In this document: positions 19,529 through 31,052 of the stretch, one piece after another | Numbering within the stretch: position 1 is the stretch's first letter | Layout: every line of letters begins with the position of its first letter | Assembly: GCA_963762565.1 (NCBI GenBank) | Contig: CAVXLD010000012.1 | Coordinates: forward strand, 64,001 to 128,000 | Length of the DNA: 64,000 nt | Origin: an uncultured Verrucomicrobiae bacterium | GTDB taxonomy: Bacteria > Verrucomicrobiota > Verrucomicrobiia > Chthoniobacterales > JAFAMB01 | Direction of reading: 5' to 3' | The notes under the pieces: model-generated | Databases searched by the model: none | What the model was told of the DNA's origin: nothing | What the model saw: only the letters and a program-made list of their open reading frames with translations | Made by a program: the position numbers and the translations under genes

Positions 19529-20926
19529 TTATTCCTTGGAAGCGATAATCCTGGTAACGTTGATTTTGTCGTCGTCGCGCAAGTACCTGGGGTTATTCGA
19601 AAGCACCCAGTCGTCTGCTGCCAGGCCTCCGGTGATTTCCACATACTGATCATCCAAGTCGCCGAAGGTCACCAGGGTCGTCTTGACCTTGCCGTCGGCA
19701 TCGACCGTCCGCACTACACCTTTACCGGCACTCAAAGACGAGATCGCATCCCGCGGAACCGACAGCACATTTCGGTCATGCATGATTAACCGCGCGAACC
19801 CAGTCATGCCCGGCCTGAGTTTCACGCCCTCAGCCTGCACCTGTAGCCGCACTTTGAAGGTCGCCGGCCACTCGGGTGATCCAGTCCCCAGAGGTCGTAC
19901 TGGAGTAGTCGTTTCCGGACCGCCGGTGTTGAAGGTCACGATTGGTACCACCCGCTCGACTTTAGCCGGAAAAGATCTTCCCGGGTAGGCTTCGAAATTG
20001 ACTGACGCATCCATCCCTTCATGCACCTTATCAATCGCTCGTTGGTCCACGTCCGCCTCGAACCACATTCCCGAAGCGACAATGAAGCCAACGTTCCCCG
20101 GGCTCTGGTTGTATTCTCCACCCCGCACTAGAACCCGATCAATAATGCCGGACGCGGGAGCAGTGACATCATAGTATTTGAGCGCATCTTCCCGTTGTTT
20201 AAGCTGATTTTCAGCATCATTAACCGCGTTGCTGGCAATTTCCTGACTTTTCGGAAAACCGGCGTTAGAAATGCCCGAGCTAACTTTGGCTTCGTTGTAG
20301 TTCGTCTCGGCGTTGGCTAACTCTTCAACGGCGTTGAGTAACTCGACTTTCGCGCTGGCACCGTCCTTTTCCAATTTGGTGAACATTTCCACCTTTGTCT
20401 TGGCGCTGGCCACTAGTTGCGCCAACCCCTTCAGATCGACCTGATCTTTCTCCGGGCGCTCCGCCACCAACAGGTTCACCGAGCCAGCTGCGACTCGTTG
20501 TTGTTCCGCTTTGGCGTTAGCTAAAGCCAATTTCGCTGAACTGATATTTAGTAACGCCAGGCTCGGATCGAGTTGCGCTAATACCTCCCCCGCTTTGACT
20601 TCATCCCCTTCCTCTACATTCAGCGTCTTGATGTAAGCGGTTGGCACGACAGGCACATTATAGAAATTTGCCTCCATCATGCCTTCGCCGAGAATCGGCA
20701 CGTCGAAATCGTGATAAACCGGTTGGATGGCCTCGGCATTAAACCCGAAGTGAAGCATCCTTTGGAGATTGAGATATCCTAACTTGGTCGTGTACAGCCT
20801 GCTGCCGGGGTTCTTATATGCCGGCCAAAGCACAAATACCCCGACTCCAACGACTAGCACGACCGCCATCACCACTGTCGCTACAACACGATTCGCCCAT
20901 GAACTGCGATGTTTCATAACCGTCAA
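19529..20926 (-). CDS. Periplasmic adaptor / membrane-fusion protein (HlyD/MacA-like)
   Basis: N-terminal TM, lipoyl halves VEEGDEVKAGEVLAQLD and VTAPASGII, coiled coil, LRPGMTG, VPRDAI. Confidence 0.9.
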   Translation of the reverse strand: MTVMKHRSSWANRVVATVVMAVVLVVGVGVFVLWPAYKNPGSRLYTTKLGYLNLQRMLHFGFNAEAIQPVYHDFDVPILGEGMMEANFYNVPVVPTAYIKTLNVEEGDEVKAGEVLAQLDPSLALLNISSAKLALANAKAEQQRVAAGSVNLLVAERPEKDQVDLKGLAQLVASAKTKVEMFTKLEKDGASAKVELLNAVEELANAETNYNEAKVSSGISNAGFPKSQEIASNAVNDAENQLKQREDALKYYDVTAPASGIIDRVLVRGGEYNQSPGNVGFIVASGMWFEADVDQRAIDKVHEGMDASVNFEAYPGRSFPAKVERVVPIVTFNTGGPETTTPVRPLGTGSPEWPATFKVRLQVQAEGVKLRPGMTGFARLIMHDRNVLSVPRDAISSLSAGKGVVRTVDADGKVKTTLVTFGDLDDQYVEITGGLAADDWVLSNNPRYLRDDDKINVTRIIASKE

Positions 20927-21908
20927 TTACTCTGTTCCATAGGCACTCTCTGGGGATAGAGGCTCCGAAATTTTCTTTTCACCACGGAAAAATAGCCACG
21001 GAGCTAGTGAGACTAGTTCCGCCACGATCTGCAGCGCACGCCAAAGCACGGCAGCGAGTGCAGCTTCTTGCCATGGCATCAGCGGTGAAAGTAGGAAAGC
21101 AGTCGCGGTCTCCCGGACCCCCATCCCGCCTGGAATTACCATAGCGAAGAATCCAACTAACCAGCCGACAGCGTTAGCACCGATGGCAGCAGCGGGACTC
21201 ACCGTGTGTTGGTATCCATCCCGGCTAGCATCAGCCAAAGACCGACACCGTGGAATACGTTCAAAAAGATGTACATCAGTTCCGCTTTAGCGAGGGCGCG
21301 AAAGTTCGGTTTCACCTTCAACATCGCTCGCAGCTGTTCCAACTTGCCTCGGATCCAAGGCTGACGCGCAAGAAGCGGCCAAATGAGGCACAGCAGCAGA
21401 AGTCCGCCAATCACCGCTCCGCTCACCGGCAACAGCCAGTTCGAGTAAGCAGTAATGAAGCGACCAGCCAAACCCGAAAAGAGGATCCCGCCCAAGGCGA
21501 CAATAATCCAGGAGAGCACAACCGTGGCCAATTCTACCGGTAAACTCATTGACGCGACTGCCAACGGGATACCTAGGTTCTGCGCAGCGACCACTCGAGA
21601 GGCGAACTTCCGACGCCTCCGGGAAGCCAGCGCATCGATTCCGAAGTCAGCAAGAGCCGCACTGAGTCAGATACTCGATCGGATAACCCAGTGATTCAAG
21701 TATCCATGACCAAACGCCAGCATTGAAAAACCAGTAACCCAAGCAGAGTCCAAAGGCCGGAGCTAATGAGGCGTAACCGAGTCGTTGGACGCATTGCCGA
21801 GATCGCCCGCCCGCGGCAATAACGCCAAGACGACACAACCACCGCCACCCAAGGAATGACCAGGCGGAATATGGTTAATGCTTTCGACCAAATTGTTTTT
21901 GTTCCCAT
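20927..21908 (-). CDS. Lysylphosphatidylglycerol-synthase TM / flippase-like membrane protein, split by several frameshifts
   Basis: Fragments 21696-21908, 21647-21838, 21199-21594, 20927-21238 join into one TM protein with IPGGMGVRE and LWR motifs. Confidence 0.72.
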
Positions 21909-21919
21909 ATTAACAATCT

Positions 21920-23164
21920 CTATGTGGTGACCGGTTGAGCACCCTCCAGAGTTGGTTGGTCATCAGAGACGACGCACTTCTGGTAGATGGCGTCGTATTG
22001 GTCCATGATGCGATCCCAATCAAAGTAATCGCGGGCGTGCACGAATCCTTGCTCTCCCAGGCGTTGAGCAAATTCAGGTTCGTTCAGTAAGCGGAGGACG
22101 GCTTTAGCAATGGCGTCCGGGTTTTTCTCCGGAACCAGCAAACCGGTCTGACCATCTTTGATCATGTCGACAATGCCTCCAACCCAGAGGCGACGACCGG
22201 TTTGCGATTACTCAACGCCTCAACCAACACGACGCCTAAGCCTTCGGTATCTCCTTTAGAATCGTAAATCGCCGGATGAACGTAGATCGAGCAAGATCGA
22301 AACAGTGAGCTCAGCTCCTCGTTGCTAACGAAACCCGCAAATCGGACTAACTCACCTAGTCCAAGCTATCGGGCTAGTCTTCCCATTCCTGCCGGAGTGT
22401 CCGTCACCAGTAATCACCAGGCGCACCTGGCGCTGCTTCAAAATCACCGGCAGCGCTTGAAGCAGGAAATCGACTCCTTTTCGCTCGATGAGCCGGCCGG
22501 AAAATAATAGCAAAGGAATCTCTGGAATCGCACCCGCATCAGGGTCGACTTTTACCGTTGCACCCCAAGGAACAATCTGCTCGTCGCGGAGACACCTCCT
22601 CACCAATCTGGCTGTGTGAGTGCTGTTAGCGGTGATAGCGGCGGATCTCTGCAAACAAAATGCCAAAATGGGAGGCGACTTCGCTGCCCGCTGCCAAAGC
22701 GAATTCAGCGCTATGACAGCTATAAACCATTTTGCACCCCGGCATCCAAGCCGGTAGCAGCGCCATTAACCCGTGCGGGAAAGGCCAGTGCACGTGCAGA
22801 ACCTCGATCCGTTCTTTCCGGCAGATCTTCCAGACGGCGTACGCACCACTGGCCAGATAACTCAGTGTTAACAACTTTAAGACCGGATTCTTCTTCAGCT
22901 TGTTCGGCGCGCCCTCCCCATGCGTTAGGATTTCCCACTGCGCCGGCGCATAGCGGAACCGGTGAACCTGAACACCATCAATCTGGTGACTTTAAGCCCG
23001 CGGTAGGCTGGAGCGATCACCGTCACTTTGTGGCCGCGAGCGGCCAGCCGTCTCACCGATTCCCGAAGCCACGGGACTTCATGATCTTGCTCGTTCCTAG
23101 GATAGGTCGATCCCAATATGGCGATCCGCAAACAGCGCGGATCACTCGGTGGAGTGATTTTCAT
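21920..23164 (-). CDS. GT4-family glycosyltransferase, split by several frameshifts
   Basis: Fragments give STYPR, VHRFRYAP, LHVHWPFPHG, GRLIERKG, DTEGLGVVLVEAL, IKDGQTGLLVP. Confidence 0.85.
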
Positions 23165-23191
23165 AGGCCAGGCTTCAGGATTGCTTGACCT

Positions 23192-24594
23192 TTAGGTGCT
23201 GGGAACCAGCAAGGTTTGGCGGCCCCTACCCAAGGCATTCTGGGCCAGGCCCACGACGATCGTTGGCTCGACCGGCTTCAGCAAAGCAGCGAAAGCGCCC
23301 AGCTGCGTCATATCAGCCGGATTCGCGTCCGTGTCGTGACCAGAAATATCACTCTTGGGTTCGGCGACGTGCGGCGAGCGACCCGAACTAACTCCATCAT
23401 CTCGGTCCCCGTGCCGCTGGACGAGTCTAGCAAAAGGACCTCCACCGGGCCACTCATCAAGGATTGCGCCTCGTGACACGAGCTCGCCGCGAGAACACTC
23501 CAACCCGCGTTGCGCAGGTGTGTCGCGTGGGTTTCCCGGCTCATGCTGTCCTGCTCGATCAGGAGAACGAGCGGACTATGACTGGAACTTCCATTCCGAA
23601 GTTGTTCGGTACCCGGTAGCCGCAACACCGGCTCCGGCCGGAGTCCGATGCTTGCTGCGATCGGCTTCCGCTTTGATTGCTCGGTGTTCTCGTGGAGGCT
23701 CCACTCTGACATGAGCCCTAGCAATACAGTTACCAGGCCGCCTACCACCAGGATTGGAGGCGCTGGATCCAATTGCTCCGCCAATTTCACTGGCAACGGA
23801 AGCGCCAACAATAGAATCGCCAGCAAAACTCCGGCCACACACATCGCCAGAGCGATACTGCCCAGGAAGTGCAATGGGCGCCGGCGAAAATTCTGCAAGT
23901 AGTTGACAGTCCACATGTCGAGGAAGCCACGCAGATAACGCTGGAAGCCGTACTTGCTGCGACCATGAACTCGGGGATGATGTTGAACCGGGATCTCCGT
24001 CGTCCGGTATCCATGGATCGCTGCCAGCGACGGGACCATCCGGTGCATTTCGCCGTACATCGGGATCGCCTGGACCACTTCGCGCCGGTAGCATTTGAAA
24101 CCGCAGTTGTGGTCGTGAAGCTTGACCTTGTTGACGCGGCTCAGCATCAGATTGAAGATCCGGCTCGGCAAAACTTTATGCCACGGGTCGTGCCGGCGGC
24201 GTTTCCAGCCGCTGACGATGTCCCAGCCTTCTTCCATCTTCTTCAAGAAATTGGGGATCTCAGCCGGATCATCCTGTAGATCCGCGTCCATGGTAAAAAC
24301 AAAATCGCCTGAGCATTCCTGCCATCCGGCAGCCAATGCGTCTGCCTTACCCATATTGCGCCGGAACCGGATTGCCTTGATCCGATCAGGGTTTTCGGCG
24401 GCCAGCTCCTGAATAACTTCCCAGCTGTTATCGGTGCTGCCGTCGTCGACGAATATCACCTCCCAGAATGAGGTCTGTGCCGATGCGTGTTCTGCTATCT
24501 TGTTAAAAAGCTCTCCTAGAGTTGGCGCCTCGTCTTTAAGCGGAATAACGAACGAAAGCGTTGCTTCCTTGCGAGAATGATACCCAGTTTCCAT
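23192..24594 (-). CDS. ArnC/GtrB-like GT2 polyprenol-phosphate glycosyltransferase fused to a C-terminal receiver (REC) domain; one frameshift at ~23345
   Basis: VDDGSTD, MDADLQDDP, HDHNCGFK, GEMHR, two TM helices, then VLLIEQD..VLLLD..and, in the shifted frame, SGH..GAFAALLKP; RBS GAGAGG. Confidence 0.85.
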
Positions 24595-24741
24595 AACCCG
24601 TTCCTCTCTGTTTTTGATGCGCGGTCAGGGCAACCGTCCCCCTAGCAAACTAAGATCACCAATCCCTTCAGGATCAGCTAGCGGCTACCTTCTCTGTCGC
24701 GTTTCCCCTAACCAAGTTTTAACTAAATCTATGGTTTCTAT

Positions 24742-24859
24742 TGGAAATACTATAATTACGATATTTCCATTCCCTCTTGTTGACACGTATGTAATCGAAG
24801 TCTCCAAGATGTCCAGCCAAATTTATTTTTCTGATTACTCCTCAGCTAAATTTATTTTC
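24742..24859. promoter_or_regulatory. AT-rich upstream region of the GT operon with operator-like repeats
   Basis: TGGAAATA-N12-TATTTCCA at 24742-24769; direct repeat CAGCYAAATTTATTTT at 24814 and 24843. Confidence 0.45.
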
Positions 24860-25491
24860 GTATTTCACTGGATCTCCTTCTACGAATGCATCTTACGCTT
24901 CTCTACCAGCTCGGTAGAGTTCTAGGCGACTCCGCCGTCAGTTCTACCGGTTTTTCGTTGCGGATGCTCGCGAAGCGCACCTTTGAGTGTCTAATCCCGG
25001 CCGGCGAGAATAACGCGAAGCGCAGCTCCGCCGTGAAAGGTGAATAGAACCGACGCTTCTCGCATTCCCGCGCTGTTCCCAGACCACGCTGGCCAGCGTC
25101 AAGGGGAGCGCCCAGGGATCAATTTGATTCGTTATTAACAATAAAGGCGATACTACGACATCCATGCCGGGAACTTCTCGAACACTTCTTTTTAAATGCG
25201 GATCGATTTCCTTATCGATCGACTTGCGGACTTTGACGACGAAACGTCTCGGATCATTCAAAACTATTCTTAACGCAAACAGGCTGAGGGACCGGAGCGA
25301 AGACCGAGCGTCTGATCTAGGGTTTGCGTTTTGACCGGAGCTGATCTGAAATACGTGACACCTTTTGGGCCCGACGATTTCGGAAGATCGTCGCACAGGA
25401 ATTTTTGATTTTACCGCGCTCTCGGTTGACTGCCCGTATGCTTACTGCTACGCCTGGCCCGCTAGAATCTAGGGACAACAATTCCATAACT

Positions 25492-25744
25492 ATGAATACT
25501 GCTAGAAAAGCGATACTAGGGGCAATCGCGATCTCGATGTTCAACGGTCACCTTGCTCGTGCGGGGAGCTATCCGGCTGTTAACGACCAACTGACTCCAT
25601 TTAGCGATTTCGCCAACGCGAGAGAAGGGCGTGGGAAGTGACGGCAACGAACGATTCATCTGGGATACGTTTGGGGGTGATTCTTTGACGGGTTCCGCCG
25701 TCTGGATCCTAAATGCACAGGGTCAGATAGTCGGACCAATGTGA
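25492..25744 (+). pseudogene. Truncated, frameshifted secreted-protein fragment
   Basis: Signal-like MNTARKAILGAIAISMFNGHLARA; other frame continues GVGSDGNERFIW..SAVWILNAQGQ. Confidence 0.35.
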
Positions 25745-25933
25745 TCGATACTCGGCTCTTAGTCTCGTTGCTCACCTCTCGTAAGGTCTTCGTTCTCGTC
25801 ATCGAATCCTTGCCGACGGAGTGCTGGAGTATCGGAGCGTTGCGCTTTCTCCGAATTGCACCCCGGGGTCCGCGGGGCGCGAGGCGCTTTCACGCTTGAA
25901 TTCGAGCAACTCCCAAACTCTTGTATCGGAATA

Positions 25934-26971
25934 ATGGCTAGACCAGTAACCCTGTTCACCGGCCAATGGGCAGACCTTCCCTTAAAGGATCTGGCTCTAC
26001 TGGCAAAAAAGATGGGCTTCGACGGGCTTGAATTGGCCTGTTGGGGCGATCACTTCGACGCCAATGCCGCAGCTGAATCCAAGGAATATTGCAAAGAGCG
26101 CTGGCAGATTTTGACTGGAAATGGACTGACGGCGTTTTCGATTTCGAGCCATTTGGTCGGACAAGCGATTTGCGACCGGATCGATGAACGGCACAAAGCA
26201 ATTCTGCCTCCCGAGATCTGGGGAGACGGCGATCCGGAAGGGGTTCGGCAGCGTGCAGCTGAGCAAATGAAGTTAACTGCTCGAGCCTGTCGTAACTTTA
26301 TCGATACCAAGCCAAATCAGGACCTTAATTTTCCTGCGGTCGTTAACGCCTTCTCCGGATCGAGCATCTGGCACGCCTGCTACGCGTTCCCCCCTACTAG
26401 CCAAGACTACCTCCAAAATGGGTACGATGATTTTGGGCGCCGGTTCTTACCAATCCTGGACGTATTTGAGCAGTACAACGTCAACTTCGCGCTTGAAGTT
26501 CACCCGACCGAGATCGCGTTCGATATTGGGTCAGCTCGGCGAGCTTTGGAAGCCGTCAACCAGCATCGACGATTTGGGTTTAATTACGATCCTTCACACC
26601 TAGGTTACCAGGGCGTCGATTACGTGAAGTTCATTCGGGAATTCAAAGATCGCATCTATCACTGTCACATGAAGGATGCATGGTGGGGACATGGTAACGG
26701 AGACGTTGGGGTTTTTGGCGGCCACACCGATTTTGGCGATTACCGGCGTTATTGGGATTTCCGCTCGATCGGACACGGAGACATTCGGTTCGAAGATATC
26801 ATCGTGGCATTAAACGACATCGGTTACTCAGGGCCGCTGTCTATAGAATGGGAAGACGGGCGGATGGACCGGGTGCATGGCGGAACGGAGTCCTGCCGCA
26901 ACGTGAAATCATACGACTTTGCGCCTAGCCGAGCCGCCTTTGATGCCGCTTTCGAGCGCAAAAAGGCCTAA
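25934..26971 (+). CDS. Sugar phosphate isomerase/epimerase (xylose-isomerase-like TIM barrel)
   Basis: [49 protein letters not shown]. Confidence 0.92.
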   Translation: MARPVTLFTGQWADLPLKDLALLAKKMGFDGLELACWGDHFDANAAAESKEYCKERWQILTGNGLTAFSISSHLVGQAICDRIDERHKAILPPEIWGDGDPEGVRQRAAEQMKLTARACRNFIDTKPNQDLNFPAVVNAFSGSSIWHACYAFPPTSQDYLQNGYDDFGRRFLPILDVFEQYNVNFALEVHPTEIAFDIGSARRALEAVNQHRRFGFNYDPSHLGYQGVDYVKFIREFKDRIYHCHMKDAWWGHGNGDVGVFGGHTDFGDYRRYWDFRSIGHGDIRFEDIIVALNDIGYSGPLSIEWEDGRMDRVHGGTESCRNVKSYDFAPSRAAFDAAFERKKA

Positions 26972-27003
26972 CCAGAAACGCCCCAAGCAAGATAGGAAGC
27001 TTT

Positions 27004-28161
27004 ATGACCCAAAAAATAAAAATGGGGATGGTGGGCGGAGGCCGGGACGCCTTCATTGGCGCTGTGCATCGGATGGCTGCCCGGTTGGATGGACGTATTG
27101 AGCTCGTCGCGGGAGCCTTTTCTTCGGATCCGGCGAAATCCCGGGCTTCAGGTGAAGACCTGGGAGTGGATCCCTCGAGAGTCTATCCGGACTACCAAAC
27201 CATGGCGGCCGCCGAAAGTAAGCTGCCGGACGGCGAGCGCATCGACTTTGTATCGATCGTTACCCCAAACAACGTTCATTTCCCGCCGGCTAAAACATTT
27301 CTGGAAGCGGGTTTCCACGTCGTTTGCGATAAACCGATGACCTACGATTTAGCTGAGGCGAAAGCGTTGCGCGATTTGGTGAAATCGACGGGCAAAGTCT
27401 TTGCGTTGACCCATAATTATACCGGGTATCCAATGGTCAAAGAGGCCCGCGAGCTAGTCCGAAACGGTGACCTGGGCAAAATTCTAAAGGTGGTGGCGGA
27501 ATATCCACAGGGTTGGCTGATTCAACCGATTGATATTGAAGGTCAAAAGCAAGCCGCTTGGCGGACGGACCCGTCTCGAACCGGCGCGTCGAGCTGTATC
27601 GGCGACATCGGTACCCACGCAGAGAACCTGGGCCGGTACATTACGGGCCTTGAAATCGAAGAGCTCTGCGCGGATTTCACCACCTTCGTTCCGGGCAGAC
27701 GCCTCGAAGATGACGGCAACCTGTTGCTCCACTATCAGGGCGGAGCCCGGGGAGTTCTTTATGCATCACAGGTCTCAGTCGGCGAAGAGAATAATCTCAG
27801 CATCCGCGTTTATGGGACGAAAGCGTCATTGGAATGGCATCAGGAACATCCTAACGAACTAATCGTTAAATACCCGGATGCGCCGAGAAAGATCTATCGT
27901 CGAGGCAATAGCTACGTTAGCGACATCGCAAAAAAATTTACCCGGCTGCCGTTCGGACATCCGGAAGCCTTTATCGAAGCATTCGCGAACATTTACCTGG
28001 AAGCCGCTCGAGCCATCGAAGCTGTGAAAGAAGGAAAACCGATCCCGCCGGACATCGACTATCCAACGGTTGAAGACGGTGTGCTCGGCCTGGCCTTCAT
28101 CGAGACGGCGGTAGCTAGCGCCAAGGGCGGAGGCGTCTGGACCAAATTCATTTCAACTTAG
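27004..28161 (+). CDS. Gfo/Idh/MocA-family oxidoreductase
   Basis: GMVGGGRDAFIGAVH, CDKP, HNYTGYP, GDIGTH, GHPEAFIEAFANIY. Confidence 0.93.
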   Translation: MTQKIKMGMVGGGRDAFIGAVHRMAARLDGRIELVAGAFSSDPAKSRASGEDLGVDPSRVYPDYQTMAAAESKLPDGERIDFVSIVTPNNVHFPPAKTFLEAGFHVVCDKPMTYDLAEAKALRDLVKSTGKVFALTHNYTGYPMVKEARELVRNGDLGKILKVVAEYPQGWLIQPIDIEGQKQAAWRTDPSRTGASSCIGDIGTHAENLGRYITGLEIEELCADFTTFVPGRRLEDDGNLLLHYQGGARGVLYASQVSVGEENNLSIRVYGTKASLEWHQEHPNELIVKYPDAPRKIYRRGNSYVSDIAKKFTRLPFGHPEAFIEAFANIYLEAARAIEAVKEGKPIPPDIDYPTVEDGVLGLAFIETAVASAKGGGVWTKFIST

Positions 28162-28250
28162 GATCTAAGAGCGGTAAAGGCGCGCTCTCCCGCGCGCCTT
28201 CGCCACGCTGAATCCGCGATCGCGATGGCAGAGTGAACACCCCAGCAGAT

Positions 28251-30844
28251 CTAACCGGCGGAGTTTGTCCCGAAGGTTGATCCTATTTTTGGAGGTTTCC
28301 AATCCGCTCGAATACCACCTAAGGTTGCTTGGCTCTTGTCATTCGTTACCGCTAAACCAACGTAGATCTGGTTGTTATGGAGCGAGACTGAGCTGGTAAC
28401 GGCTGGTGACGCCGTCGGGGAACTGTAACGTGAAAGGGTTGCCATCCGATTCACTTTGAACCAATAGGGAGAGGTGGTGTTGGAATTCCAGTCCGATCGA
28501 CGTCCCGTTTTCCTTCGTCCGATAAGAAAAACGTTGCCCGTTAGTGCCATCCAGGCTGACGAACGCATTCGGACTGCCCGGCGTTAAATCGTTACGCATC
28601 ATAACACCCGCCTTCGCCCAAGCGCTGATACCCGTGCCGCTTGGCATATTGGTTAGGCGAGCAATGACCGTCCCGTTGCCCACCAACTGTTGATAATAAA
28701 AATGGAAACCGTCCGAAGTGCCCCAGATGTCTCCGCCGCCGCCGTTCACCTGTACCGGCCCATCATAAGTCCCATCCGTTAGTCAACTTGCCCGACGCAT
28801 CTCCGATGTCCTGGCTCGTCCAACTTTGGACAGTATTCGGTGCATACTCGGTTCCGTTAACATTCAACAGCGGAAGCGTCGGCGCGTTGTCTAAGTCGCT
28901 TCCGCTCAGGGATGATGTGGTCTGATTCGCAGCATTGGCCTGGATGCTCATAGTCCCATTCAAACCTGGGACCGAGAGGGTTACATTGCCGGAAGCAGGG
29001 TCATAGGTGTTCGTGGCGGTGGCGGAAGTCAAAGCCGTCCTGAAGGTATCAAAATTGGTAGTGGTATCGGTGCAGTAAGCAGTCCGGCTCCAGTAGGCAA
29101 TCACGGCGTTACCGCCGGTCGGTGCCCTGAAGATGTTCGAAAGATGATCCACATAACGTTGTACTGCCTGCCCTCATTTACTAAAGACAAACCAATGGTA
29201 TTACCCCCCATGTCGGTCGATAGCAGAAAGCGGATCCCGCTCCTAAGATTCTGCTCCTTAGTCCTCGTTCTGAATATATTACTTCGCGACCGATACCGAT
29301 TCGCCCGGGCTGAGACAAGCGGTGCTTAGCGTTCCCGATCCAGACTTGGGCCGTGTTAGGTATGGTAATGGTCGATGCGACTTCGGTCGCGCCCAGGCTG
29401 GCGTCGATGCTTCCGTTTGACGCAGCCAGGAAAAGGGTCTCGGCTCGATCTTGGACGCCCGCAATGAAAGGGGTTAACCCGCCCGCCGTGCTGTTTGCAG
29501 ATAATATTTCACTGCCCGATATTGTATTAACGTTTACTGTGGCCCGTTACCGGGCATCATGATAGTCCACCCTTCGAAGTTTGGGTTGTCATACAGCGCT
29601 TCGGCTGTGCCGATTGAATAAGGATAACTCAGGCCGCCGGCTGCGGCAGGGTTAGCCATGAAGGTCTCCGCATATTCGAAGAAATCATCATATGCATCCT
29701 CAGAGTCACCAAAGTCTCGCAGAATCTTGAACGACGTGTTGACTGGCACCTGAGCAGCAAAGAGATACGGAACGTCGCTGGGCGGGAGTAAGTAGTAAGA
29801 AATAAAATCCTGGCCGTGCCAATAGCCGGGTTGTAGCCTATTAACCAGTAATTCCGGCCAAGCCGGCGTAGGTGGATCGCTCAAATGACTGACAGCCCAG
29901 TAAAAGCGGTCAGTTGCGTGATCCTCGTCTAGGAGAAACTCATAGGTCCGGCTGTGAGTGCCTCCAATTCGTTGATTCTGATAGAACCAGCTGGCGTACA
30001 TATCGATCCAAATCAGTTTCCAACCTTGCTGGGCGATCGTCCGAATGCCGGGGTCGGTAGAGTAAAGGAAGATGTACCCTAGGGCTTCCAGTTGGACACC
30101 GGTATAGGTCGGACTCATGAATTCGTGTATACCGTTGGTCTGGACCGCAGTTACCCAATCCAGCAAGTTGGTGCGCGCAGCGTTCGTTATATTTGAATTG
30201 GGGGAGACCAAAACATTATTGTTGCCGTCGACAACACCCTGCCCCGTCAGAACGAGGTTGCAGTTCTTAAGTAGCCAAATATTCGTGTCTCGTACGGACG
30301 GAGTGTGATTGAGTTCACCTTGTTGGCCTTCCGCCAGCAACGTGGCCAACAAATTCTCAATCGTGCCAGACTGGCTGACCGGACCGTACTGAGCGAGCAG
30401 TTTAGGAAAGCGGTAGGCGATCTGGACCAGCGACTCCGTTACAAACTCAACCGCGTCATCGTCGGTTACGATGTTATCCTCATAGTTCCATTTAAAATTC
30501 ACGGCTGAAGGCACCCAGATCGATTGCAATCGGTTCAACACTGTCACGACCGAGCTCTCACTTTGGGAATCCAACAATCCATTGTTGGCGTTGGCGAGAG
30601 CGAACGCTTCCAAAACGAACTGGGCCATTATTTTGGCTTCTGGGTCTGTGCCGGTAGCCTGACTTTCGAGGGTAAGGTACGTGCTCGAATCGACAAAGCT
30701 AATGGTGCAGTAAGGAGTGGGGACCGGGTCATAGGTTTGAGCTTCGGCACCGAGGGAAGTCAGAAGCAGATCACCGAAAAAAACACTTGCCCAATTGGTT
30801 AGCGCTAACACACGCAATGACTTTACGGTTCCTATGATAATCAT
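28251..30844 (-). pseudogene. Large secreted protein (helical N-domain plus ConA-like beta-sandwich C-domain), broken by many frameshifts
   Basis: Fragments 29534-30844, 28763-29152, 28375-28749, 28251-28568; motifs GIHEFMSPTY, GGDIWGTSDGFHF, AKAGVMMR, PYWFKVNR, IYVGLAVT. Confidence 0.7.
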
Positions 30845-31052
30845 GGTATTTATTGCTACCAGTCATCACATTTTTTGGCGGCTTTTGTCAAAACTTTAGG
30901 ATCAGCGCCAGGTCCTTACCCACATTCTCAGGCGCTTTCCGCTATCCTTCCGCAACTACAGAGGTTGGGCTCGCTACGTTGAACAACTCTGCGGCAGCGA
31001 AATACTTACGCCCAGAGAGACTCTATTTTTAATTCGCCTTTATGTGAGTGCT

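Noticed and set aside
24614..25544. ORFs 24614-24925, 24944-25396 and 25317-25544
   Set aside because: No motifs or convincing RBS; they overlap AT-rich regulatory DNA and a decayed inverted repeat (~24936-25056). A small gene cannot be fully excluded.
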